From: Hypanus sabinus
Taxonomy: Eukaryota
Length of the DNA stretch: 64,000 nt
Assembly: GCF_030144855.1 (NCBI RefSeq)
Contig: NC_082714.1
Span: 131,130,001 to 131,194,000, forward strand
Direction: 5' to 3'
The translations under genes were made by a program, and so were the position numbers. The notes below the pieces were generated by a model. The model was not told where the DNA came from, did not search any database, and saw nothing but the letters and a program-made list of their open reading frames with translations. Shown here piece by piece: positions 63,143-64,000 of this stretch (position 1 is the first letter of the stretch; each line of letters opens with the position of its first letter).

Positions 63143-64000
63143 TTCTATCTCCTTTACCATACCATTGGAGAGGGATAAGAATAGATAAGTAAAGAATGTG
63201 TTTAATTGGAGTAAGGGGAAATATGAAGCTACCAGGCAGGAAGTTGGAAGCATAAATTGGGAACAGATGTTCTCAGCGAAATGTACAGAAGAAATGTGGC
63301 AAATGTTCAGGGGATATTTGTGTGGAGTTCTGCATAGGTACATTCCAATGAGACAGGGAAAGGATGGCAGGGTACAGGAACCACAGTGCACAAAGGCTGT
63401 TGTAAATCTAGTCAAGAAGAAAAAAAAAGCTTATGAAAGGTTCAAAAAACTAGGTAATGATAGAGACCTAGAAAATTATAAGGCTAACAGGAAGGAGCTT
63501 AAGAATGAAATTAGGAGAACCAGAAGGGGCCATGAGAAGGCCTTAGTGAGCAGGATCAAGGAAAACCCCAAAGCATTCTACAAGTATGTGAAGAGCAAGA
63601 GGATAAGACATGAGAAAATAGGACCAATCAAGTGTGACAGTGGAAAAGTATGTTTGGAACCAGAGGAGAAAGTGGAGGGACTTAATGAATACATTGCATC
63701 AGTATTCACTATGGAAAAGGACCTTGGTGATTATAGGGACGACTTACAGCAGACTGGAAAGTTTGAGCATGTAGGCATTAAGAAAGAGGATGTGCTGGAG
63801 TTTTTGGAAAGCATCAAATTGGATGAGTCACCGGGACCAGACAAGATGTACCCCAGGCTACTGTGGGAGGCGAGGGAGGAGATTGCTGAGCCTCTGGCGA
63901 TTATCTTTTCATCATCAATAGGGACGCAAGAGGTTCCAGAGGATTGCAGGATTATGAATGTTGTTCCTTTATTCAAGAAAGGGAGTAGAGATAGATCAAG
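63143..64000 (+). mobile_element. CR1 ORF2 linker region, runs off the window
   Basis: Reverse complement of 23520-24370 (FNWSKGKYE, QMFSAKCTEEMWQ, KENPKAFYKYVKSK). Confidence 0.9.

Overview
Repeat-dense eukaryotic (vertebrate) DNA with no recognisable host protein-coding exon. The repeat families look like those of cartilaginous fishes, probably a ray; this is inferred from recognised repeats, not from a search. Nearly all listed ORFs are decayed transposon fragments: many CR1 LINEs (mostly minus strand, one near full length with an esterase ORF1), Rex1/Babar-like LINEs, Penelope-like elements (PLEs) with hammerhead-ribozyme motifs and 10-14 bp TSDs, Tc1-derived non-autonomous elements, and solo LTRs. 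The centrepiece is a 9.5 kb Sushi-like chromovirus (43881-53415, TSD CCCAG). It hosts (i) a ~660 bp TA-flanked pogo/Tigger-like MITE carrying the 5' end of 28S rRNA plus a probable ITS2 tail, and (ii) a CsRn1-like Gypsy element whose 3' half was later inverted, with a 66 bp templated duplication at the breakpoint. Coordinates of degenerate repeats are approximate unless a TSD or TIR is quoted.
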